From: Octopus bimaculoides
Lineage: Eukaryota
Reading direction: 5' to 3'
DNA length: 64,000 bases
NCBI RefSeq assembly: GCF_001194135.2
Contig: NC_068982.1
Location: forward strand, 14,351,858 to 14,415,857
Both the position numbers and the translations under genes were made by a program. Within the stretch, counting starts at the first letter, position 1. The number at the start of each line of letters is the position of its first letter. The notes beneath the pieces were generated by a model, which ran no database searches, was not told the origin of the DNA, and saw only the letters and a list, made by a program, of their open reading frames with translations. Shown here one piece after another: positions 48,549-60,490 of this stretch.

Positions 48549-48700
48549 CAACATCGAAAAATACCTTAGGAATGAGAACCCAGGTTTGAAATTTCCCTGA
48601 GATACCTGATGAAGGCTGGAGGGTATATTAGCCGAAACGTTGTTAACAACAAACAAGATGAGGACAAATATCCGTTAAATGTAAATAATGTAAATAAGCT
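48546..48700 (+). ncRNA. Short repeat with minimal type I hammerhead ribozyme core (H1)
   Basis: 48606-48641: CTGATGA A GGCTG-GAGGGTATAT-TAGCC GAAA CGTT; canonical CUGANGA and GAAA, 5-bp stem II, palindromic AACGUU in place of stem III; follows (AAT)n. Confidence 0.7.
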
Positions 48701-49274
48701 TTCTAATATATAAAAAAAAACAGACAAATCAAGCAACTGCTTTGTATTCTTGAAATGAGGTTGAACCTAAATTATTGCACTGATGTCTAAAATTAAAATA
48801 GGTAATAAAAACTGTTCTTCTACAAACCATACATTCAAGAAGTTAGCATGCACTTTTAAGTGCAATGAATGATGAAGAAATAATATATTCCTTGATTGTT
48901 TCACATTTAAATTCATTTATACTTTTAGAATATTCAATTATTATTCTCTGTAGACAGGACTGTTATAAAATTTGAAATGCATTGAAACATTATCATAATT
49001 AACAGTTCGTATTTATAGTACATAAAGCCTGAATATTTTTGAAATATAAACAAATGCGAATGTGAAAGAATGAGAAAATTAATTATTTTCTATTTTCCAT
49101 GTTATCTGAAACCATGTAAATACTTATTTAGAAGATGACTCTCAAATGTGGAATTTTAGTAGTGACTGCATCCCAAATATATTCTCTCAACGTGCGTGTG
49201 TGTTTTGATGTCATAAGAATTAGTTTATGCATATGTGTGTGTGTGTGTTTTGATGTCATAAGAATTAGTTTATG

Positions 49275-49307
<33 letters not shown>

Positions 49308-49639
49308 ATAAAATAAGAAGAGCAAGAAGATGCTTAGAGAATTTTATCATGGAAAACAGAAAGAAAATATGTCGTAGTTTCTGTCGTTATTGAACTCATA
49401 AAGTAAAATGTGTCGAATATGCTCCTTTGTCACTTCCATTATGGCTTTGGAAAAATAACTGCTAAAATCGAACTGCACTCTTCAAAATTTGCACTAAGAA
49501 TAAGTACACTGTAAAATTACTACCTGCTTTTATAGCAAGTTGATTTAGGTAGTTTATCCCGTACCCCTCCGACTTTTAATTCATGCAATTGAAAATAAAC
49601 ACATTATCTATGGGATGAGCCAATATTTATATATATATA

Positions 49640-49830
49640 TATAGTGAGAATTTACGAAAAAAACAAAAGATGAAGATGGGTGTGTAAACAACAAATAGGT
49701 GTATTAGTTTAATGCTTGGGAAGTGAGAAGGTCTTTTACATTTCAAGCCTACGCTGTTTGACAGAAAGGAACACAGAAATAAACAGGGAGAGAAAATAGA
49801 AAAAGGTATAGTGACTAGTGATTTATCATG
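49640..49830 (-). ncRNA. Hammerhead-like repeat family H3, copy 3 (degenerate)
   Basis: Minus strand 49770 to 49731: TCCTTT CTGTCAA A CAGC-GTAG-GCTT GAAA TGTA AAAGAC; flanks align with copies 1 and 2. Confidence 0.45.
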
Positions 49831-50229
49831 GCAAATACACACACACACACACACACACATAGTGACGGTTGAATCTTTCCTCTTTGATTTTGAATTGCAT
49901 CTAGCCACCGTAATCATATTATATACACTGAGCCACAAAAGAAACATTGCACTGTAAAAGAATATTTGTTTCACACACGATATTGAGATTATATGGCTTT
50001 TATCACATTTCTAGGTAGTTTGACATCAGAAAGATATCACTGTCCCACTACATCACTCTCTTTTGAAAAGACAAGGATTGCATGTAGGGTTTGAACTCAC
50101 TCACTTTTCATGAACATGTTAATATTCATGAATGCACCTTTATGAAAAGCATGATGCAGGGTCAAAACATCGACACATAGCGTATAAAAGGCACCCAAAT
50201 TTACCGGTCTGTCATTCGTTTCTCAAATG

Positions 50230-51062
50230 CAGCATGCATGCAAAAACTGGCAGGAAATCAGAGGGAGCAAGCCATCAGAAATCTCCATGCTGTTCAACGT
50301 CCATGGGTCATTGCTAATGACTTGAACTACAGTATTCAGACAATTGAGCGGATGAGGGAATGATACAATGCCACAAATAGCATAGATGATCATCCATGCA
50401 GTGACCAACCAAGGGTTACAACAGCACATCAAGATTGCCAGCTGCATCGACAGCACTTGCGGGACAGAGCATCATGGTATGTGACGGGATTGCACTCAAC
50501 CATAAACTTGGACCAGTGGTCTTCCAAAACATTAGCCAAGGCTGGGGCAATAGAGTAACTACTGCTCGCTACACCGACCAAGTGTTGAGGCCTCATTTTG
50601 TGCAATACTTTTCCCGTCATTGGAATCATGTGTTCCAACACTATAACACCCATGCCCATACTGCCAGGTTGGCAGCAGACTTCCTCTAATAGCACAACAC
50701 CCAGACACTACCAAGTGCTGCCCTAAGTCTGGACTTGAACCCCATTGAGCATCTGTGGGATGAAATTCAAAGAAGGTTAAATGGCATCCATCCAAGGCTC
50801 ACAACTGCAAACATATGATGCTATCTCCATGGCCTTCATCATTCATGGTGGTCACATGAGATATTGAATTCATCTCTTTGAATCCTGGACATTCTGTCAT
50901 CACGTGACACCATGTGATGTCAAACATGTTTCGGGAAAGGATGTCTTATCATTAGGAAAGAATGGTTTCTTAATTAGCACTCTTCAATTAATGCCACGGC
51001 AGTCTGTTAATAAACCAATTTCTATTTAGTATGTGTGTGAGATTTCTTTTGTGATTCAGTAT
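50230..51062 (+). mobile_element. Tc1-like DD34E transposase C-terminal fragment plus right TIR
   Basis: GQSIMVCDGI..GNRVTTARYTDQVLRPH..HVFQHYNTHAHTAR...SLDLNPIEHLWDEIQRRL matches Tc1 (QQDNA..H and SPDLNPIEHLW); ends TTTCTTTTGTGATTCAGTATA. Confidence 0.85.
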
Positions 51063-51085
51063 ATATATATATATATATATATAAA

Positions 51086-51324
51086 ACATACAAAAATAAG
51101 AGGAATGACCAGCAAAAGTGGACTCCTATATGCTAGAAATAGAAGCCGAATCATCTAACCATGAAAAATATGTTCTCAGTAAAAATTTAGCGACACAGCA
51201 GACTGTAAAAGGGCAGTCGCTAAATTTTTACTGAGAACATATTTTTCGTGGTTAGATGATTCGGCTTCTATTTCTAGCATATAGGAGTCCACTTTTGGTG
51301 GTCATTCCTCTTATTTTTGTATGT
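51086..51324. repeat. Near-perfect inverted duplication (109-bp arms, 21-bp spacer)
   Basis: 51086-51194 versus 51216-51324; two mismatches seen. Confidence 0.95.
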
Positions 51325-53000
51325 AATACAATTTTAATCTTCGGATTTTTTGATATGCTAGACCACTGGTTTTAATTGATTAATATCAATTTCTACCCTT
51401 ATTAATAAATTNNNNNNNNNNNNNNNNNNNNNNNNNNNNNNNNNNNNNNNNNNNNNNNNNNNNNNNNNNNNNNNNNNNNNNNNNNNNNNNNNNNNNNNNN
51501 NNNNNNNNNNNNNNNNNNNNNNNNNNNNNNNNNNNNNNNNNNNNNNNNNNNNNNNNNNNNNNNNNNNNNNNNNNNNNNNNNNNNNNNNNNNNNNNNNNNN
51601 NNNNNNNNNNNNNNNNNNNNNNNNNNNNNNNNNNNNNNNNNNNNNNNNNNNNNNNNNNNNNNNNNNNNNNNNNNNNNNNNNNNNNNNNNNNNNNNNNNNN
51701 NNNNNNNNNNNNNNNNNNNNNNNNNNNNNNNNNNNNNNNNNNNNNNNNNNNNNNNNNNNNNNNNNNNNNNNNNNNNNNNNNNNNNNNNNNNNNNNNNNNN
51801 NNNNNNNNNNNNNNNNNNNNNNNNNNNNNNNNNNNNNNNNNNNNNNNNNNNNNNNNNNNNNNNNNNNNNNNNNNNNNNNNNNNNNNNNNNNNNNNNNNNN
51901 NNNNNNNNNNNNNNNNNNNNNNNNNNNNNNNNNNNNNNNNNNNNNNNNNNNNNNNNNNNNNNNNNNNNNNNNNNNNNNNNNNNNNNNNNNNNNNNNNNNN
52001 NNNNNNNNNNNNNNNNNNNNNNNNNNNNNNNNNNNNNNNNNNNNNNNNNNNNNNNNNNNNNNNNNNNNNNNNNNNNNNNNNNNNNNNNNNNNNNNNNNNN
52101 NNNNNNNNNNNNNNNNNNNNNNNNNNNNNNNNNNNNNNNNNNNNNNNNNNNNNNNNNNNNNNNNNNNNNNNNNNNNNNNNNNNNNNNNNNNNNNNNNNNN
52201 NNNNNNNNNNNNNNNNATATATATGAACACAATTATATGTTTTGTGTTCATATATGCATGTATATATGTACTCACAAGCAAATTCATAACTAAACAAGCA
52301 ATCTAGAGTTCTAGAGAGGTAGTGGGAGACAGTGAAAGAGAGGGAGTAAGAGAGTGAGGTAGAGGGAGAAAGAGAGAGAGAGTTAAGGGAATGAGTGACT
52401 ATATGAATGCAAGAATATGTGATGATGTCTACATGCATACATTGAACGTATAATAGCACAGAACATAATTTAGAATATAGTATGACAAAGAAAACAACCA
52501 ACATTAGATTCTCCCACACACAGATGAGTTGCAGATATCACTACACCGTACTATTTAGTTGCTATTGATTCAACCACTTGAGATTTATCTTCCTAGCAGC
52601 AAGAATATGCTATTTTACTTCTTGTACATTTTCTCTTTCTGTTGCTTTTCTGATATATATNNNNNNNNNNNNNNNNNNNNNNNNNNNNNNNNNNNNNNNN
52701 NNNNNNNNNNNNNNNNNNNNNNNNNNNNNNNNNNNNNNNNNNNNNNNNNNNNNNNNNNNNNNNNNNNNNNNNNNNNNNNNNNNNNNNNNNNNNNNNNNNN
52801 NNNNNNNNNNNNNNNNNNNNNNNNNNNNNNNNNNNNNNNNNNNNNNNNNNNNNNNNNNNNNNNNNNNNNNNNNNNNNNNNNNNNNNNNNNNNNNNNNNNN
52901 NNNNNNNNNNNNNNNNNNNNNNNNNNNNNNNNNNNNNNNNNNNNNNNNNNNNNNNNNNNNNNNNNNNNNNNNNNNNNNNNNNNNNNNNNNNNNNNNNNNN

Positions 53001-53305
53001 TACGGGGGCGTAAACACACCAGCATTGGTTGTCAAGCGATGTTGGGGGGACAAACACAGACACACAAACATACACACACACACACACACATACACACACA
53101 CACACATATACATATATATATATATATATATACATATTTACGACGGGCTTCTTTCAGTTTCCGTCTACCAAATCCACTCACAAGGCTTTGGTCGGCCTGA
53201 GGTTATAGTAGAAGACACTTGCCCAAGGTGCCACGCAGTGGGACTGAACCCGGAACCATGTGGTTCGTAAGCAAGCTACTTACCACACAGCCACTCCTAC
53301 GCCTA
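53001..53305 (-). mobile_element. SINE family A (3' end in gap)
   Basis: Reverse complement of consensus. Confidence 0.85.
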
Positions 53306-53640
53306 TATATGTATGTATATATGTATATATATAGGTACAATCATTTAATATCATTTGCAGATATAGATTATCCAAATCTAATTTTTATGAAATGTGAAAA
53401 GAATCAGGGTAATAATAAATATTTCTATGCAGAAAATAACTGATAATGTTCACATTTAAAATATGGCCTTAGTTTTCGACTAAACATAAAGACACAGACA
53501 CAGAAACATGCACAATATATACATACATATAACTACATAAAAATGTATATTGTAAATTAAAATTGATGAGATAAAAATTTACTATATCCTGTAACACAAA
53601 ATTGAACACAACATGATGATGATGATAATAATAATTTCTG

Positions 53641-54150
53641 TGTAACAGGGTTTCAAACCCTAACTGCTAGATACTCATTTAGGCATTATGAGTGAGCCAC
53701 CACAGTTTCACATGACTAATCTATAAATTAGTGTGAAGCTGTGGTGTGATATGGTTTTCTCAAATGTTTTCGAATTTAACCTCCTGTCCCCTATAAAAAA
53801 CAGTTTGGCTCATTACAAAGCATTGATGAGAACTGGCCATTCCACATTCTTCACCACTGGGCAAGCAGATAGCCAACAGACTGCTGACACCACAAGCCAC
53901 CTCAAAGGTGTGCTTGGGGGATTTTGGGGATTTTTCTTGAACAGACTGCATGATGTCACACAGATAGCTTTCTATATTTTCAGAGCAGTTTTTTCTCTCT
54001 CTCTCTCTCTCTCTCTCTCCCATTCAGCAATTATTAATATTGTTCATTGTAAACAGCCTTCACTAAATATCATTATTTCTGGCAATAAATATCAAATTAA
54101 ATGCTTGAGTTTACTTTAGTTATTATTCATACAGCCAACGAAATATATTA
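53641..54150 (+). mobile_element. Old solo-LTR-like repeat (copy 2 of 2)
   Basis: Starts TGTAACAGGGTTTCAAACCC; shares GCAATTATTAATATTGTT.ATTGTAAA.AGCCTTCAC.AAATATCATTA...GCAATAAATATCAA with 43631-44045. Confidence 0.55.
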
Positions 54151-54164
54151 TCATTGATCAGCTT

Positions 54165-54560
54165 GTTGTTGTTGTTGTTGTTGGCACTCCATCGCTTACG
54201 ACGTCGAGGGTTCCAGTTGATCCGATCAACGGAACAGCCTGCTCGTGAAATTAACGTGCAAGTGGCTGAGTACTCCACAGACACATGTACCCTTAACGTA
54301 CTTTTCAGGGAAATTCAGCATGACACAGTGTGACAAGGCTGACCCTTTGAATTACAGGCACAACAGAAACAGGAAGTAAGAGTGAGAGAAAGTTGTGGTG
54401 AAAGAGTACAGCAGAGTTCGCCACCATCCCCTGCCGGAGCCTTGTGGAGCTTTCAGGTGTTTTCGCTCAATAAACACTCACAACGCCCGGTCTGGGAATC
54501 GAAACCACGATCCTATGACCGCGAGTCTGCTGCCCTAACCACTGGGCCATTGCACCTCCA
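54165..54560 (-). mobile_element. tRNA-derived SINE family D, full length, (CAA)n tail
   Basis: Head GGAGGTGCAATGGCCCAGTGGTTAGGGCAGCAGACTCGCGG...GGTTTCGATTCCC has A and B boxes; tail GGAGTGCC(AAC)n. Confidence 0.8.
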
Positions 54561-54599
54561 CCATTGACCAACTCAACGCAAGCAACAAGCAAACGACAC

Positions 54600-55445
54600 A
54601 AAATTATCTAATTTTGGCACAAGGCCAGAAATTTCATTGAGAGAAGCATAAGTCAGTGACATTACCCCAAGTATATCCCAAAAGGGTGTAAAGCAAATTT
54701 GGCCTTAGTGGCATGTGAACTAAGAATGTGAAGAATCCAAAAGAATTGCTGCTGAACATTTTTTTAGGATACTCTAACAATTCTGCCTACTTGCTGCTAT
54801 AATGATTTCAATTTTTGGCACAAAGCCAGCAATTTTTAGAGATGGGGTAAGTTGCTCACATCGACCCCAGTGCATTACTGATACTTATTTTATTGAAAAC
54901 AATGAAAGGTAAAGTCGACCTCAGACAAAATGCCACTGGGTACTTTGCCTAGCGTGTTAACTATTCGGCCTGTTCACCACCTTGATAATAAAAGTAATTC
55001 TTTCTACTCTAGGCACAAGGCCTGAAATTTGAGGGAGGGGGCCAGTCAACTATATCAACCCCAGTATGCAACTGTTATTTAATTTATTGACCCCAAAAGG
55101 ATAAAAAGCAAAGTCAACCTCGGCAGGATTTGAACTTAAAACATAAAGACCGACGAAATACCTCTAAGCATTTCGTCTGGTGTGCTAACATTTCTGCTAG
55201 CTCACTGCCTTTCTAATAATGATAATAATCCTGTCTACTATAGGAACAAGGCCTGGAATTTAGGGGGAGGAGGGGCAGTCGATTAAATTGACCCCAGTAC
55301 ACAGCTGGTACTTAATTTATCGACCCCGAGAGGATGAAAGGCGAAGTCAACCTCGGCGGAATTTGAACTAAGAAACATAGTGGCAAACAAAATACCGCTT
55401 AGCATTTCACCTGGTGTGCTAACGATTCTGCCAGCTCACCACCTT
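54600..55445 (-). mobile_element. Four head-to-tail SINE family B copies
   Basis: Units at about 54600-54800, 54805-54985, 54995-55212, 55230-55445. Confidence 0.75.
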
Positions 55446-55446
55446 T

Positions 55447-55447
<1 letters not shown>

Positions 55448-55534
<87 letters not shown>

Positions 55535-55540
55535 TAATAG
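55448..55540. repeat. (AAT)n microsatellite
   Basis: Directly visible. Confidence 0.95.
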
Positions 55541-55950
55541 TGTAAAGAAACCGTGTTTGCAGTTTATCTGAGTATCACAATAAAACAATATCTGTTTTGT
55601 GAACAGCTGTCATACATTACAGTATACAAACACTGATAAGACTACAGGAACACTAATTGAGTTTTAATCTTTAGCAAGAAAATGAATAAAAATAACTATA
55701 ATAGACAAAAAAAAAAAATGCAAAAGGAAAAAGGAAAATTATAAATGATAAAACGCTGAATATAATCACAAATTCACTTCGTAGTAATATGATTATCAAA
55801 CAGGTTTTAATTTCTTTCTGAAATAATTTGTAATTTCTTCATTTGTTGTATGTGTTTTCCATTTACAAACATACACTCCTGACCTACAGACATGTCATCT
55901 ACTCTCACTCTCTCTCTCTCTCTCTCTCTCTCTGCTTTTTCTGCCACATT

Positions 55951-56228
55951 ATACAGGGTGTCCACAAAGTCTGGGTACATGGGTATTAATACATACTTTA
56001 AGAAATTATTGTTTCTTATATTTCATTGTTTATGTTATGATTTTATTTACTCCATGTACCCACATGGAGATTAACACATACTTTAAGAAATTATTATTTC
56101 TTATATTTAATTGTTTATGTTATGATTTTATTTACTCCATGTACCCACATGGGATTAACACATACTTTAAGAAATTATTATTTCTTATATTTAATTGTTT
56201 ATGTTATGATTTCATTTACTCCATGTAC
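55951..56228. mobile_element. mariner-type MITE left end with internal 84-85-bp tandem repeat (3 units)
   Basis: TACAGGGTGTCCACAAAGTCTGGGTACATGG TIR; units start at 55986, 56071, 56155; cut by gap. Confidence 0.75.
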
Positions 56229-56344
56229 NNNNNNNNNNCTGCATAATGGTCACTATCCTCTCAAAATCATTCACTACTTTCATGTGACTTGCACTCAGGC
56301 ATGCTTAATTTATTTGCCTCCACTCCCCTGCCATGTATGTTGTA

Positions 56345-56580
56345 ATAATCCTTTCTACCATAGACACAAGGCCTGAAATTCGGGGGCGTGAGTGTGTGTG
56401 TGGGGGGGGGGGGTTAGTCGATTACATCGACCCCAGCACTCAACTGATACCTATTTCATTGACCCCAAAAGGATGAAAGGCAAAGTCAACCTCCGTGGAA
56501 TTTGAACACAGAACATAAGGACAGGTGGAATACTGCTAAGTATTTCGCCCAGCATGCTAACAATTCTGCCAGCTTGTCGC
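56345..56580 (-). mobile_element. SINE family B
   Basis: Reverse complement homology. Confidence 0.8.
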
Positions 56581-56604
56581 TTTTGTATATTGTAATAATG
56601 CCCA

Positions 56605-57005
56605 AAGTACAGGTGTGGGTGTGTGTGGTAAGAAGTTTACATCTCAGCTACATGGTTCAATGTTCAGCTCCACTACATGGCACCTTGAGCATGTGTCTTC
56701 TGTTATACATGTAGTCTGAGGCCAACCAAAGCATTGTGAATGGATTTGGTAGATGGAAACTGAATAAAGCCCATCGTGTGTGTGTGCCTGTGTCTGTTGT
56801 GTTTGTCCCCCACCACTGCTTGACAACTGGTGTGGTGCTTTTACATCCTTGTAACTTAGTGGGTCAGCAAAAAGAGACCGATGGAATAAGTACTAAACTC
56901 AGAAAAATGTAAAAAGCACTGGCATTGATTAATTCTACTAAAATTCTTCAAGGTGGTGCCCCAGCATGGCCACAGTCTAATGACTGAAGCAAGTAAAAGG
57001 TAAAA
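56605..57005 (+). mobile_element. SINE family A, older subfamily
   Basis: Head and tail homology. Confidence 0.75.
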
Positions 57006-57120
57006 GATAAATAATAGGCTCAGTAGTTCTTCGTTTGGTTCTCTGAAATTCCCTTTCCATGAAAAGAGTAGAAGGTTACCTGTATGAGTTTCAGAAAACT
57101 CTAGATCTCAGACTTTCAAA

Positions 57121-57260
57121 ATTGGCTCAGGTCATTAGCTCAGGTCATTGGCTCAGGGCATTGGCTCAGGTCATTAGCTCAGGCCATTGGCTCAGGGAAT
57201 TGGCTCAGGGCATTGGCTCAGGGCATTGGCTCAGGGCATTGGCTCAGGGCATTGGCTCAG
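57121..57260. repeat. 13-bp minisatellite (ATTGGCTCAGGGC)n, about 11 units
   Basis: Counted directly; units 2 and 5 read ATTAG. Confidence 0.95.
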
Positions 57261-57329
57261 CTTAGTCCTTCAGATGAAACCACAAAAAAGAAAAAGAAAA
57301 ACATTCTAATAATTCTGTGTTTAGAAACA

Positions 57330-57520
57330 ATGAACAATAAAAAAAAACCACAAACACGGGAGGGCTAAGGTTTAACAAATAAGGTATTAGCTTGATGCTT
57401 TACAGGAAAGAGTGTCTTAACGTTTCAGATTTTAATCCTTCATCAGAATAATGAGAGAAGTGCAAGGAGAGTGAGAATGAAAAGTAGTGAGTAAAAAAAG
57501 AGGTGATAAACAGGAAAAAA
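57330..57520 (-). ncRNA. Short repeat with minimal type I hammerhead ribozyme core (H2)
   Basis: Minus strand 57450 to 57415: TATT CTGATGA A GGAT-TAAA-ATCT GAAA CGTT AAGA; canonical core, 4-bp stem II, AACGUU palindrome. Confidence 0.65.
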
Positions 57521-57526
57521 GGTATA

Positions 57527-57564
<38 letters not shown>

Positions 57565-57967
57565 GAAAATTTGCTATTGAATAATTTAATTGCACAGTTT
57601 TGGGTGCGTTGAGAGGAATTATAAGAAATTACAGTAAACAGAAGTAAATATTAACATAGTGTCACAGCTTTCAATTAATCATTCGCTCTTTGTTGAACAA
57701 GTTTGACAGCAATACTCATAGATTCTTCTTCTACTATTTCACAATATCAAACACCATATATTTAATCAGTGATAAAATTAGTGTAGATATTGTTAATGTT
57801 TGGTAGCTACGGTGGAGAGGTAGGCAACTAAAGAAAATATTTGATCACACGTTTCTAGACATTCCTGTTTTTACAGAGCATACGATGTCATGAAATTGTG
57901 TACATGAAATAAGCAGTTCTCATTTCACAGATGTTAAGTATTTATTGAAAGAGATTTAGCTCATGCA

Positions 57968-58200
57968 CTCATCATGTTCATACTTAGCATCTGCTTTCTG
58001 TGCTGGCATGAGTTGGATGGTTTGACAGAAGCTGGGAAGCCAGAGAAGTTAGGAAGCTGGGAAGACAGAAGCCAGGAAACACAAGGTTCCAATTGTCTGC
58101 TTTGCTATGGTTTCTTCCTTATGCCAACCACTTTACAAATTGTTCTGGGGTGGGGTGCTTTTTATGTGGCACCAGCATAGGTGCTTTTTATGCTGTGTCA
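57968..58200 (-). mobile_element. RTE-type tail family C, old copy
   Basis: CATCATGTTCATACTTAGCATCTGCTTTC...GGCATGAGTTGGATGGTTTGAC, degenerate. Confidence 0.55.
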
Positions 58201-59251
58201 GCACAGGTAGGTCAAATAACGATGTAAAAGCACATGTAGATTTTGCAGTTATCATTGTTGAGCTCCTTTCATTATTGTAGTTCTGCTGAAATATACTGCT
58301 TTTGTTTTAATCACTTTTGAAATTAAAGAAGAGTTTAGTAAAATAATTTTGTCATTATTAAGCTGATATTCAGAACCTAAAAATTAACACGTGTATTACA
58401 GGAAAGAAAGGAATAATTTCAGGGAGATGTATTCACAATCTTTAATAGGTCAAATGACTATATAAAGTTTTCCTTGTTGATTTTACTCATACAGTCCTTA
58501 ATCCTTAAATCTGCTCAGGTCAAGTAGACCTAGGACCAGAAGCATTCTTGAAGCATTCAAGTTATGACCATTCCAGAAGCATTCTAGTTATAACCATTCC
58601 ATATTCATTTTAAATATAATGTAATTTGGCTTACTTTATCTGATTGTTCATTTTCGAGGTGGTATGGTATTGTTTGAGGAAAGATAGGCTGCAAATTCTA
58701 GCAAGTAGAATGACTACATTCTGACTCATACATTGGTTCATGTAGCTGTCGAGGTGACAATAATTTTCTTATATCTGTACAAGGTTACAAATATGTAGTG
58801 GTAAAGTATAGTCAATTGAACTGATCACAGCATATGATTAGTATCTACATTAACAAACCTGGAGGGACAAAAGATAAGATTACTTTAGCAGGGTTAGAAC
58901 TAAAGAATACAAGACAAATCTAAATAGCATAACTAAATATCTTTCATCTATGAAATAGTGGCCCAGAGTCTTGTCTAAAAAATTTCAACTTAGAAATCAC
59001 AAGTATTTGATGATTTTATTATTGGAAATATATAATTAATATATTAACGATATAATGATATAATTAAAGACAAAGATGTACGAGATTATTCCATACAACA
59101 ATGTTTCTCATAGGGCGTGGTTGTAAGGGTTAAAAAAAAGGTGGCTGGGATGGATAAATTGTCATGATTAATACAATTAAGATAGTTTCTAAACTTTTTA
59201 AAATCGTCCAACACTAATAAATTATATATTTATTATAAGAATGTAAACTCT

Positions 59252-59482
59252 ATTCTGTCTTCAAATTGGTTTCAAATTTTGGCACAAGGCCAGCAATTTT
59301 AGGGAGGGGTAAGTCGATTACATCAACTCTAGGGCTCAGCTGGATAATTATTTTATCGACCACAAAAAGATGAATGACAAAGTTGACGTCGGCAGAATTT
59401 GAACTCAGGAATGTAAAGATGAATGAAATGCTGCTAAGCATTTTTCCCAGCATGCTAACAATTCTGGCAGCTGGCCACCTTA
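59252..59482 (-). mobile_element. SINE family B
   Basis: Reverse complement homology. Confidence 0.75.
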
Positions 59483-60458
59483 TTCTGTCTTCATATTAAT
59501 AAAGAGAAAGGGCAAAACTTTCACTAATATATTTAGGTAGGAGTGGATATTCTTGAATTTGGGAATCACTGATATAAAATTTCAAAGTAAGACAAAAGCT
59601 GTAGATTGTTTGACTACAGGTTTTTGTTTAACTTCACAGTTTTAATGATAGCAAAGACAATGAACAAAGGAAAAAATAATAGTTATAGTGTAAGTGGAGT
59701 TCCATCACTTAACTCAGCAATTTGTGACCTTTTACCATCATAACCCATTTCAACAAAGCAAGAATTTTCTGTGACTTTTCTTTACATGCACCAATAAGAA
59801 ACGCTTAACAGTTCATACTTTTCTTTGTGGGAATATTCTTCAGCTTCCACTTGAAGTAAATATATCACAGCTCTTCTGAGTATGGTTAACTGTATAGCAA
59901 CACTTTCAAGAATATTTTATATTTCATTGACTATTTCAAAAGTGAAACATTTTTTCTTTGAGTCCCAAACACTGAGAACTGCTGCTCTGAATGTATACAG
60001 TGGCAATTCTCTTCTGCACACAAGGAACTCCTACATCTTTTCTTTGTAGTGTTACCCCTGCTGAAACTATATGACCATTACACCAAAGTGATTCTTCAGC
60101 TTTCAGCCACCCAAATTAGATGCTTTAATCTTACAAGCAAGAAAAGACAGCTGTTTTACATTTCTCAATAATTCTAAATGTAAACAAACATTTGTCTTTT
60201 CTCACTTGTAAGATTAAAGTACCATATTTGGGCAGTTGGAAGCCTGATGGTCACTTGGGCGTAATGATCTCGGAAACATTTCAGATAGAGTAGATGTGCA
60301 ATTTGAGTCCTATGGGTACCTGTCTGCCTCTTTATTGCTGACTAGGGATTTTTAAACAACATTTTATGATCTATTATTCATATTCAGCTCCATTCATATT
60401 TGAGATATTTTGTAAAAAGACATGTTTTTATATTTCTCAATGCATCTACTGCCTACAG

Positions 60459-60490
<32 letters not shown>

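Noticed and set aside
9382-53270. Long ORFs in the track that span N-runs (for example 44830-46740, 51386-52519, 40743-41705)
   Set aside because: Their length comes from X residues and microsatellite translation, not coding signal.
54480-54560. tRNA-like heads of SINE families A, B and D as tRNA genes
   Set aside because: They keep A and B boxes but not a full cloverleaf and run directly into SINE bodies.
55984-57260. Tandem repeats as CRISPR-like arrays
   Set aside because: No unique spacers, no cas genes, animal genomic context.
383-57265. Recurring short ORFs such as [18 protein letters not shown] and poly-IY/HT/CV
   Set aside because: They are translations of SINE A and dinucleotide repeats.
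59550-60330. Protein-like fragments on the minus strand (FGWLKAEESLWCNGH; IGACKEKSQKILALLKW)
   Set aside because: Possibly a very old hAT-type transposase, but there are many stops and frameshifts and no motif I can name with confidence. A translated search against transposase profiles would decide.
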